From: Phoronis australis
Lineage: Eukaryota; Animalia; Phoronida
DNA length: 64,000 nt
Assembly (NCBI GenBank): GCA_002633005.1
Contig: NMRA01000001.1
Span: 1,459,755 to 1,523,754, forward strand
Direction of reading: 5' to 3'
Part shown: piece by piece, positions 1 to 12,300 of the stretch
How positions within the stretch are numbered: position 1 is the stretch's first letter
How the letters are laid out: every line of letters starts with the position of its first letter
Program-made: the position numbers and the translations under genes
Notes under the pieces: generated by a model
Seen by the model: the letters and a program-made list of their open reading frames with translations, nothing else
Told to the model about the DNA's origin: nothing
Databases searched by the model: none

Positions 1-258
1 GTTATTACATTGGCTCAAATCTAGAATTACTGAGTTTGGAAGTACTGTATCTGCTTGGCAAGAGAACAGTAGTTTGAAACCAGGTTCAACAAGTTGGCTA
101 CACTAGACTGGTCATTTCATTCGTCGAGAGCGGTTATCAAACTCAGAAATCTATTCTAATCAGAAGGAACATGTTGACACCAGTTTTATGACAACAAGCC
201 TAAGTTTCTGGCGGAAGGCTGGTTTATAGTCCCTGCAATATGTATAGTGCCTACTCAC

Positions 259-375
259 AAAGTTCGTGCTTCCGCACTGGGTTCCATCGGCGGCTGCAGA
301 TTTCCATTTACAAAATTCTCCACTTGTTTTCGACGGATCGCTGCATGCTAGCTTGGCACAGATGCGGGAGTCGGC
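259..375 (-). CDS. Metalloprotease exon 8 (disintegrin-like domain)
   Basis: ttgcag|ADSRICAKLACSDPSKTSGEFCKWKSAAADGTQCGSTNF|GTGAGT; matches the CxxLxC...C...AADGTxCG pattern. Confidence 0.92.
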
Positions 376-3300
376 CTGCAAGTGAACTGACAAATTAAAT
401 ATCAACAGCATCGCCGTGTACCATAGTACAGTTTTTGATTTTCACCGAGGTCAATATGTTGGTTTTTAAACCCCTTGAAAACTCTAATGAGACCGCTAGG
501 TAATTCATAAAAAGGCGCTGCCTACCAGCAAAAGCGGGTGAAAACTGTGCTACTGAAATTTGCTGTAAAATACTATTTGTGCTGAAGACGATTATTCAAA
601 TCACGTCAGTTCAAGGAGTGGATAGAGATTCTGTAGATGCTAAAAACTGAGTGAGTACATGGTTAAAAGTAGTTATTTTATCACATTCCCCCTGTTCGCA
701 ATTACAACGGACATTCAACTACGTATCTGCAGTGTATCACGTAACTGTCACCACCATTGTGAACAATGCCGACCAGTGGTGCAAAACCAAAAACTCCAAC
801 GAACCGTCCCAACTTGCGCAGTGCCACCAGTATCATAGATTACATGGCCCCGTAACAGGACATAACAAATAGAGAGTTACTGAACCAGCTGAACGCCACA
901 TTTGATGGTATGGAGAAGGAGATAGAAAAACTAAGACATCAATTTCATGCGAGACAAAGGCTGAAAATGTCAAACTCAGGGATTGCATTAAGCTGCTAGA
1001 GAAAAAAGTGGACGACCTCGAAAATTGGTCCAAAAGGGACAATATTGTTATACATGGTATGAAGGAGGAGGTCAACGAGTAATGGGACAAAACTGCTGAA
1101 TTGGTTCAACAAGTGGCTGATGATTTAACAATAGGCGAGTTGTCAATTGACGGTGCACACCGTCTTGGCAGAAAACAGCAATAATCGCAAAAGCATCGGC
1201 GACAACTGAGCAAATCTGCTCTCATGAAGAAACACAGAGACCTGTCAGAAGGGATACACATAACCGAAGATTTCTCATGGCGAGTTAGATTGGCCAGGAA
1301 AAAGTTATACACCTTCAAAAGGGAGAACAGGATGGAACATGTTAAAATCACATGAGACAAGATGATCAACGGTAAAGAAGCCTACAACTATGGCGAAGAA
1401 CAAGACATGGTCAACCGAAGAACAGATTTTCGAAAGCAACTGGCAGAGGTATCAACAATGAAGCAGGCCCTGATGAAGAATAGCAATTTGATGAACAGAG
1501 CATGGATTTGAATATAGGATCCAGGATTATAGAAGGCTTCAAAATGAAGAAATTATCTCAGGAAATGTATGAAATTGTTGAGTCATGTGATATAATTGGT
1601 TTCATTGAATCATTCCAAAAATCACCCACAAAATTTGATACGTTTTTCGACAACTATACAGTCCACTCTGCAATCCACCCCCTGGTGGGAAATAATCAGG
1701 AGGCGTCACTGTGTTAGTAAAAATAATTTGGCACAGACTGTAACTCGCATGAATTATGATTTAAAAGACCGTGCCTATTTACACATAAAAATATGTACCC
1801 CCGTAGCGAAAAGCCATATGTCATTATAGGTTTTGTGTACCTGCCTCCAAAGGGTCCTGAATATAGCCAAGAAAGTGACTTGGAGCAGATATATACTGAC
1901 ATCATAGATTTTAATGTTTCAGGTAAATTAAACCAAGCCAGATTAATCCGTGCAGGTGATTTCAATGCCCGCAATGTCACTGTCAATGACTTTATTTCTG
2001 ATGTCACTGTAGCGGAAGATAGCTGTGTCTATGCAGAGGATGATTTCGCCAAACCAAAGAAAAACCAAGATGTATAAACTAATAATTTTGATAAAAATTA
2101 ATTGATTTGTGTATGGGTCATGGTATCCACATTGTTAATGATAGATCGAAATCTGATCCCATGGCAATTTTACCTTTGTTTCGGCGAGAGGTTGTAGCAT
2201 CATTGATTATGTTCTTGCCGAAACATCCTTGTTCGAGTACATTCAAGATTTTAAAGTATTGGAATGTGATTTATCGTTGCATTTCCTTTAATTTGTACTC
2301 TCAGTACCCCTGCAAAATTATGCCCTAAAGATACTGGTGAACCTTATATAGCAATGAGAAAGCAGGTGTATTTTTAGAAAAATTACGAAGCCAGGAAGCA
2401 AACGATAAGTGTCGACAAATTATGAGCTGTGTTGATATTGACATAAATGAGAGTGTTAAAGGCTTAGTAGACTTGCTCCAGACAAGTGGCACGGGCATGC
2501 TCATGAGGCAAGACAGGTGTGTAAGTAAGCCACGTAGACCTGCATGGTTTGACAGTGAATGTAAAGAGATGAAACTACAAAAGAAGCGTCTACTGCGAAA
2601 ATCTATGGTGTCTTGGAGTGGCTTAGGCCTGAGAAATTATCTTACTAGTAGGAATGAATACAAAAAAAAGTTATGTAAGAAGAGGAAAAAGCGATATTAT
2701 GGCGATAAACAAAGTGAGTTATGTAAGTCAGTGGGGAGTCCTAAAAGATTTTGAAATGTTATAAATAGCCAGTACACACTACAAAGCCTGATAATAATAT
2801 TACTGAATTGGAGTGGTTTGGATATTTCAGTAACCTGTTTGATATTAACAGAACAGAGGGTCTCAGTGAAACTTTTGATGACCTAGTTAGACAGATTTTT
2901 GATGAGCATGACGCACAGTGTGATCGTTGTAGTCACCCACAGAGTGAGCGTGATGTAACCAGTGCCTTTGACATGGATGAACTAAATGCCGGTATCAGCT
3001 AAGATGAAATAGTAAGGGCCTTTAAGAAACAAAAGAATAACAAATCTCCCGGAGAAGACGGTATACCGGATGAGTTCTATAAGTGCTTTCCTCAGGCCCT
3101 AGTAGAACTTCTCCACAAACTTTTTAATAGAATTTTCAATAGCGGGCATTATCCATCCCAATGGTCAAAAAGTATTATTGTGCCTTGTTACAAAAAGGGA
3201 GACAAATTTAATCCAAATAATTATAGAGGGATCCCCGTTATAGATAGTATTAATAAAATTCTTACAACTAGTCTTTATTCTCGTATAGTTGAATGGTCGA

Positions 3301-6300
3301 ATAACACGAAATGCATCCCGGAAGAACAAGCAGGCTTTCGTACTTGTTACTCAGCAATCGATAACATTTTCAACCTACAGAGTATCATCCAGAAACATGT
3401 CACTAAACTGAAGGGGAAAGTATATTGCGCATTCGTTGATTTTAGTAAGGCATTTGATAGTGTGGACATTTCCCTTTATTTTATGTCTTTTTAGCCAAAG
3501 GTTTGCATCAGAAAATGTTCAACATTTGGCGCAGTATGTACGACTCTATACAATCGTGTTATGGTACAGTCACAGACCACGCCCTATTTTAACTGCACAG
3601 TTGGTGTCCGGCAAGGATGTACGTGTCTCTTCTGGTTGTGATATAGGCTCTCTGTTTTTTTTTGTTTTTTTTTTGATGATTGATTGCTGGTGTCGATTAC
3701 TGTTGCTGGGCTGCAGATGAAGCTCAATGTCCTCGAAAAGTTTTGTCGAGATTGGAACTTGCGTAATGTGGTTATTTGGCCCAGGCAACACTGGTGGTAT
3801 AGTACTCAAGCAGAGATTACTGGATTGTGGTGTACAGGATGGCAACTGGAAATAGGTAACTTAAATAAATATGAATTTTATTGTCTTATTAAATGTGATC
3901 TTGTTAGCGAGCAATATGTAAATTGTTTAAGCGCTTATTCGAGAAGAATACTTGCGCAATTTCGATGTTCAGGTCATTCACTTAATATAGAGAAAGGGAG
4001 ACATGTGGGTATTCCTAGAGGTGAGAGAATATGCGGCATATGCTGTCTGGGTGAAATTGAAGATGAGACTCATTTCATGTGTCGATGCCCTGTTCTTGGA
4101 GACCTTAGAAGAAATCTTCTTCCAGAGCTTGTCAATGTTAACTATTCTCTTGTTAGGTTATTCCAACAGAAAAACCATGACAGTATCCATCCAGCGCCTT
4201 GCATTGGATATTCAGAAGGCTGTGGCTCTAAGAGAGGAACTGCTGTCCGTGTAAATATACATTTATGTATGAGTAGGCAAAGCCTACGATGTACAATGAA
4301 TGATATTATTATTTTTATTATTATTATTGTTGTTGTTGTTGTTATTATTATTAAAAAGACTCTATGTTTAGACATGTAATCGTATTGTCGATCGCTAGTT
4401 CGGTCAGACAGCTATCGTTTTTACTCAAAACGCTGCAGAGTGATTTTGAAAAAAACTTCCAGGAGATGCTCTGTATGGGAAAATGAACAAATGGTTAAAT
4501 TTTGAGAAAGATGTCGTGTTAACGACGGTGTTTTGTTGCTAAACAAGCTATAATCGTCTTTTGGTTATATCGCAGATCATAGACAACAGATTTGCAACTT
4601 CGACATTTTCCTACGGGATATCCAAGAGGCGCCACTCTCCACAAATGCCAGCTTGCGGTTAGTGTAGGACGGGAAATTCTGGCATCTATTTGACTGCCTA
4701 GCACAACGAAAAAAATATAATTTTGGCAGTTAAACACTGTTAAGCGGCTTCCGTCAGTAGAACTCTTGGCATCTTAAGTACTTCTGGCAATGCTACAGGT
4801 CGTGCAATTGCAAAATTCCAATTCTAGCGCTGACTGCTTGCAGAACGCTTTGATATTCAGAAGCGTATTTTTTCACAAATTAAATAGAGTATCTATGAAT
4901 GCAAAAGGTACTTATTTGACGTTTTTGTTTCAGAAATTTATTAATCTAGTAATTTTGTGTGGACTAACTTCAAATGTGCCACGCTAAATGATCCAACGTC
5001 CGTCTGTTCACAGTTAGTCTAAACATTCACAACTGGTCGCTCTGCGAAGTGTTGTAGACCTGCAGCAAAATACCATTTTTTCTACTCTACCTGGATTTGT
5101 TGTACAATTATTTTTTCTTTGCTGTTTTATGTAGCCTTAAGGATAGGTAATCCTGCTTTAGGGTAGTGACCGTTCGCAACCCTTGAGCATTTTTAAATAT
5201 GCAAATTAAGGCCGTCATTAGGCAAAATTCTATTTTTGCTTATAACTTCTCACCAAGCACTGCAGACAGGTTGTTTTGATGTCTTAGCCATGTCTTCATG
5301 GTCAGTGAATTTAATGGAGCACGTTTGTTGGTGGATACGTCGTGAATTTGCATAATATAGGCAAATTAAGGCCGTCATTATTCAAAATTCTAATTCTGCT
5401 AATATAAGGCCATCATTATCACGGGCGCACCCAGGGGGGGGGGGTCGAACGAGCCCCAAAAGTCGAGCCCCCAATTTTGCGAATTGGGCAAAAAGGTCAG
5501 TGAAACAAAAAGTCCGAGTAAACGAGATAAAAGTCCACAAAATCCACGGGAAGTCGGCGTGGATGCACACAATTCTCGGGCCTGAACCTAGTGATCTCGT
5601 TTTTTAGACCTCGTTGATTCCTTTCAGTAAAAGTTCCGCATACCGAAAAATTCGAGCCTCCCTATACTTTTAGGCTGGGTGCGCGCATGATTATTCGAAT
5701 CACTATTTCTGCTCATAACTTCTATACGGCGTTACGAGTATATTACTTTCACATCCTCTCTCACGTTTACGTGATCGTCATGAAGTTGCATAATTGATAA
5801 GTTACGTAAATTACGGCTGTTATTATTATTCAAAATTTTACTTGTGCTTACAGCTGCTGTACCAGACGCCAGAGTTAAAGCCTATCTTCAACGGTAACAT
5901 CTTTAAATTTGGTTCCTACAGTATGCATCGCTCTGAGCCAACTAGTGCCATAAATTGACAAATGTAACGAACTGTTAGGCGTATTGGCTTGCTTTGTCTA
6001 CGTCGCCGCGAGAATCACCTTTTTAATAGGTCTTTTGCGAGTTTATAACAATAACGCGAGATTATGTGAGACTTAATTGTGACGTCACGGGAAGGCGGGC
6101 AAAAGCTTGTCGTTTGGTCATTTGCCCAATACGGTAGCAGAGTGTATTCTGTTATTGTCTTCGAGTTTTTAGCCGTTTAGTTCGAAAAATGTCCAAAAGC
6201 ATTGCTGTTATGGCAAATGAACTTCAGATTCGCACTACAGTACGTTCTATCGCGTTCTGTACTAATTTCGTTCCGTGTATTTTAAACGGCTGTAGGCGAA

Positions 6301-9300
6301 ATCCGCTCACTGATAAAGTTTTCACCTCGTCAAAAATACATTCTACACCTAAAATTAGCACCTAAAAGGCTCTTACTTTCTTCAGTGACTCTTTCTGCTT
6401 CTAAACATATCTTCGATGAAGCATATATACGGGAATTCAGGTGACTTTGGCGAAGAATTCCAACTCCACTTTGTGGTTACTGTTAACTTTGTCCGCGCGC
6501 GATAACCACAATTAAGTATTTCAACTGAGTCAGGTGAGTATGATGCAAAGGCTAGCGCGAGACTGAGCGAAGCGCGAGATCTGGCGCGTGACCTGGCGCG
6601 TGACACTTGCAAAATAGCATGAGAAAATATCAAGTGAAATTTGTAAGATTTGTGTCCCTTGGACTTTTTGTTCGTCAACAGGCGTGATTTCACGTAACTT
6701 CCTCAAAATGGCGGCTCTTTAGTGAGAGAAACTCGAGAGAACCGCGAGGTTTTCATGAATATGCTCAAGTTATTTGTAGACTAAATTGTGTCCAGAGTCA
6801 GGGTATGTGTTAATTATAACTTCATGTGCACATATGCATGTTTCATTTGATTTTATTTGCTGTATTTTGAAGTGAATATCTTTTTATGGGGATACACTAT
6901 CGCCCCTGTATGCCTGCGCCATTCAGGCCTAGAGCGGGTTAAGTTCCAATTTCAGTCCGTTCACAGCTTCGCACAACATAACAAGGTCACATTTTCTTCG
7001 TCTATTCACAGTTATTCCACGACCCATCTACCATATCTTAAGTTGTTTTAACGTTTTAAGCGTAAAATTCACCATAAGAACTCTAGTAAGTTTTAGCGTG
7101 TGTAGCAAAGACTCGGGGCAAAACAAGAGCAATATGGCGGGTTTTGCCCCCTTTCCGGTGACGTCACAGTGACTAACGAGAAACTCGCAAGTGAGCTATT
7201 CAAACAGCTGCGAATAACAGCCGCACGCAATGGTGTTCTATTCAGACCCCTATTCAATACAACTGTTATCGTCCTTTTGTTGTTTGTCTGAGATCTCGCG
7301 GTGACGCAACATGGCACGAAAAGGCAGCTTCCAGTAGCGGACTTATTCTTCCAGATTAAATTTGGTAATTCGGGGTGTAAGTTTCTGACGGGCAAATTCC
7401 TGGCTAATACTCTGCCCCGCCCCCCAACTCAAAATCCTGGATCCGCCCCTGGTCAAGGTTTTGCAGCACTAGCTGGAGCATAGAACACATTACGTAGTAC
7501 GTTTTGCTTGAGTAGACTTGAGTACGTGGGGCCGAAGTTAATTAAGTGATTAACTCGAACCAGTCTTCAGTCTATCGTCACACCGAAAGCTACTAAACAC
7601 CGGTCAGCGATAACCTGTGTACCTCCATCCACGGAGTAAACCGCGTGTTCGTTATAAACTCTGTGGTAACCAGAGAGTTTTTTCTTCGCTCGTATTTGAA
7701 AAATGGTGAATTTTGTGATTTTTTCTAGAAATTTCCTCACAGGGGAAAGTGAATTACTCTGTACTAGGCGTTGCGGGATGGGACTTTCGTCAGAAAATGT
7801 TTAAAGGATATTTATGACGAGCTTTCGCGTTCCATGCTTCTGTAAGATCAACGCATGACTTTGTGGTCAGGAAATGGTCTTTTCTGAATTCTCGTCTTCG
7901 GTCTTAACTTAGCCCAAATTTCGGTCTTAACTTGATATAGGTGACATAAAAAAGTTATGTAGGACCCTACAGAAATGTCCAAATTTGGCAAATTTCAGAA
8001 CATCATTTCTCAGACACGACTGAGTGAATTCACAAGGAACTTTGAGGTACTACACTTTACGTACTGTTCCCTAAAACGCTATTCGGAATTTCTTTTTAAA
8101 TGTTCCATTTTTGCATGAGGGGCTATCAAAAATAAGAATGTTACGGTGATTTTCAGCATAAAGCTTACAAGTTGCATAAACTGAAAACGAAATGATGATT
8201 TAGAAAACTGTAAAGGCGTTTTTTAAGATTTCACCTTGAAAATCTATATCAAATACAACTTGACCACTGGCAGGTTATTGATATCGTTGTTTCCTTTCAG
8301 CGTATCTAGTTTCTTTTTTCTAACATATCCAAACAGAGATTCGTAAAAATTCAAAAATCCTTGTTGTGATATCCGTTTTATTTATGGAATTTTCTGATAA
8401 TGAAATGTGAAAACTTAGGTCTCATTTCACTGGAAATTAATAGGAATTAAAATCCTTAAATTAGGGGAAATGCACGAAAAGTTTCCACACCATTTTCCAT
8501 GACATCAAGAATTCAACGTATATTTTACTCTTTCTTTGTATCAAAGGTGATTTAAAACTTGAAGTAATGGAGTGTTTGCACAAAGTCTTCAAATACGCTG
8601 ACAAAATAAAGGACATAGTTGAGTCTCTATTGCGTCTGTTTCATGCAAGCCGGGCCACAGGGGGTTTGTTTCATGAAAGTTGACTGAGGCTGAGTTCAGA
8701 AAATCATTTTATTTTGGGGGATTCTCCTTTAAGTCAAATATTTTTGCTGACGTTCCCACTTCCTAATTCTTGATTAAAGATTTAGCTATATAAAGCTAGT
8801 GCATCAGGGCCTAGAAGTAATTTATGCAAACTATTTCAGTTAATACCAGATATGAATATATTCTCAGAGGCTTTGCATTTTTGCCAAGGTGAGATTTAAT
8901 TAATTTTCAGAAATAGTTGAGGGGAGCGTAAGATCGAATTTCTGACCTAAATCTTAAGTCGCTTTTCCCGAAAGACGTTAAATTTGCTATATATACTGGA
9001 TTATTTGTTACTACGGTTTTGGATCAAACATAAGTTTACGTCAGTCCAGATTTGACCATATCCATGATTTCCACCATTCACAGTATTTTGCACGTACATA
9101 CTATTTAACAAATACCAAATTATAAACAACAATTGAAACTTTTTAGATGTTGTCCACCTTACATGGCTTTTCTACACAGAAGACCTGCCATTTTTGCAGT
9201 AACAAGGAGTTTCTTGTGTTAAGGCCCATAGCCAGCTGTTGCGGTGCTCATTACCTCTCTGCAGCCGATCGTCATCAATTCTACACTGCCCTGCACCCAG

Positions 9301-12300
9301 TCGTCGGTGAGTTTTCTCAAGTTCCCGTGGTAGAGTTTGCATCTCATGGTTATGCTAACGGTCTAGTAGAGGACAGCCTCAGTTGTAAAACTCCGTATAC
9401 TTGACGTAAGGCTGACGACTCGGTCTCATAAAACCTCCGATTCCGATCCGATAAGTTTGCCACAGAAAAATTACCATGTCGGCCAACAGTCGGGCGATTA
9501 CCGCAAGCGCCGGACGTGCGTCATCAAAAGTCGCCAAACACTACAACTGATCTTATCATGCTGAGCATCAGGATGGAGCTCAATCGGCGGGATCGACCGC
9601 GTATCGATCGCTAAGTGATTGAGGCGTTTTTGGTCTTGCCGGCGCGGTTTCGATTGTTTTTCTTAAGTATAACGTCACAGTATGTGTGTTTCATGAACGA
9701 GGTCTGAAAATCCTAAATCATTTGAAAACAATCGCTAGTTGATAAAACGTATTTTTACCCAGCATGATTTGGATCCTTTTCCCAGTCGCATTTCACATTG
9801 CCCGTCGGCACTCAGAAACTCACCAGGGAATAGTGTATCGGCCTTTATTGTCACACCATTGCCTGAAAATAGGCACGATGACGCAGGTCTCCTGCAATGG
9901 AAATGATCGTAGATTTGTGACTGGAAATTTTGCCTGTGCGAGTTTTTCAGTTTGATACTGTGTTTGCATAGTCGCTGAATGAAATCAGCGCAAGCTGCTA
10001 CAGTCGCGAGATATTCCTGCATAAGTCCTCATGTATGGTCAAAATGTTTTAGATATATTGACAGTGTGAACGTAATTCGACACTAGCTGACTATTGCGGA
10101 TTGCTTCAGACTAGTTTGTTCCAAGCACAAAATGACATGTAGACGCAACAGAAGTTAACGAGTTAGGTGTCATGGTCTAAAGAGTTCTCGCCGAAAGCAA
10201 ATAGTTGCCTGAGTACAAAGAAGAAAGCAAGAAATGCGAACCAGGCGTTCGTTCAGTAATGCTGGCACCTACGCAAGGACCTAGCTAAAATCTAACCAAA
10301 GTCACGTGTTCTCATTTAAAATTCAAGCTAGGCAATGTCTCACGTAATCTCTCGCGAAGTCTTGCTTTTTAGCGAGGTCCTAGCGTTACTGAACGGGAGG
10401 CCGGTGTGCAGTTGTTATTGCTCAAATTTTGTGCCTTGAAATTGAATGTGCCTTAAATATCAGTCAATCAATGAGTGTTTTCTTGGCTAACCACAACCTG
10501 ACTAGGCGAAGATTGATATTGAGGGCACACTGAACCAGTGAGCGTAAAATCACCTATAGTGAGACCTCTGTGATATCTGACGGTCCACTTTAATTGAGTC
10601 CAGCTCCAAATACTCAAGCAGAGAAACTTTCAAAATGCCATGTGCGATAATTATGATATAGAAACAAACTATTATTAACACTTTGAGTGAATTTAGCGCT
10701 GGTTTGAATTTCGTTAACAATACTTACTGAATGAAAGCCTGCATTTCGGAAATAGAACATTTGGAAAAGTAATGTCCATTGGCACCCAGTCTGTCGCCCA
10801 TGATATATCCGTCGGTCGAAGGACAGCTTCCGGTATCGTGATTTGCACCCAATCTAATCAAGAGGACAACTAGACATTGGCAACTTCAGAGTGACTGGGT
10901 GAGAAATTGTGATTTTTAAAATACTTAAATTTGTTTTCGCTTATTAACAGAATGATCTGGCTTCGTCAACTCTTAAAAGTTTAGAGCATATATGAAAATT
11001 CATTAGAAAGTGCTAAACCAGCAAGCGTGACCTACGCTTTAAGTGAGCTTCACAGCAACTGCGGGGAATCACCGTCCTGCAGGAGACATAATATGGACCA
11101 TTCTGTGACAGTTTTGGCATAGTTGGATTGTTTTATAGGAAACGGCTCATTCCAAACGTGGCGCTACAGGTGCTAAATTGACCAGACGCATGGCGCTCCT
11201 GATTGGTTAAGTTTAAATTTTAAGTGTAGTCGAGTCTGAGTTCGGGCAATAAACCACGCGGTTTAATCGAATGTTTTCAGTACACAGCAACCAGACTAAT
11301 ATAGACTGATCCCTCAGGCATGTCGGAGCACTACGGACGTCGGGAGAACAATTTATTGCTCTCTCCGAGGTCCATGTGGTCTATTATTACATGATTTAGA
11401 TTTAGACAGACTATGGAGTGAAAAAACGTAATATGGAGTAATGCCGTCTTAAATTCTGTTTCACTTCATCTTTCTCATTTTACAAGTCTCGCGCCACCAG
11501 CACGTCACGAAACTCGATAAGTTCTGTCATTCGGATTCTGACTTGTCAATTGCCACCATAGATTATATAGATAGCAATTACCGGATAATTTTCGTCAAAA
11601 ATTTACCAGATAACTTTCATCAAAAAGAGGTAAAGAACAATGGATATTTGAATACAGAATTAAGTAGCCCTAATACCAGAGCTTCTAAAAACATTCATCA
11701 TCAAAATGTCTTGAACGAATGAATGAAGTTTTCTTGTTGAAAGAATCGCCCTTCATATTCACGCTGGGAATGAGCTTTTCCTCCCAAAGCAGGTTGTGTG
11801 GTCTGCAGACGCTGTGACAAGTTGGTCTTCTACATTTCGCCTATGAGGCCGAGCACCCGACCACACAACAGCCGACCATGATTAGCAGACGACGTATTTG
11901 CCGGAAATAGACCGTGCTATATCTGCCAGGTCTCGCTAGTTAGTAAAGATATCACGACTGCGTAAAATCACAGATTTCGTCCATTGAAAATATGCGGAGT
12001 TGGCTGTCCATGTACTATTACAGTCTATGTTGCCACGTAAAATGTAAAACAGCAAGTGAATGCAAACCAGCATCAAGCACGCTCATTTTATGCAATATTT
12101 GTCATTTTCCGTACGATGTAGTAATGAACAGGACAACACCACACGGAAATGAACGAGCTTTGTGTCGAATGAGCATGGCATCAAGGCATCCCAGTTCCCA
12201 GCATCACGCACAAAAGGCGTGTTTTCAGAAGTTAAAATTTTCATTGACTTTCAATACATGTCATTTGCGCGTGCACTATGAGTGTGCTGGCACGCGGCTT

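Noticed and set aside
7801-8732. Kolobok-type element with TTAA ends
   Set aside because: TTAAAGG...CCTTTAA is present but the TIR match is only ~4 bp; probably repeat-derived, but boundaries cannot be supported.
9255-9362. In-frame phase 0-0 candidate cassette exon (TVSITMRCKLYHG...)
   Set aside because: Weak acceptor, and it would split the disintegrin-like domain, which is already complete without it.
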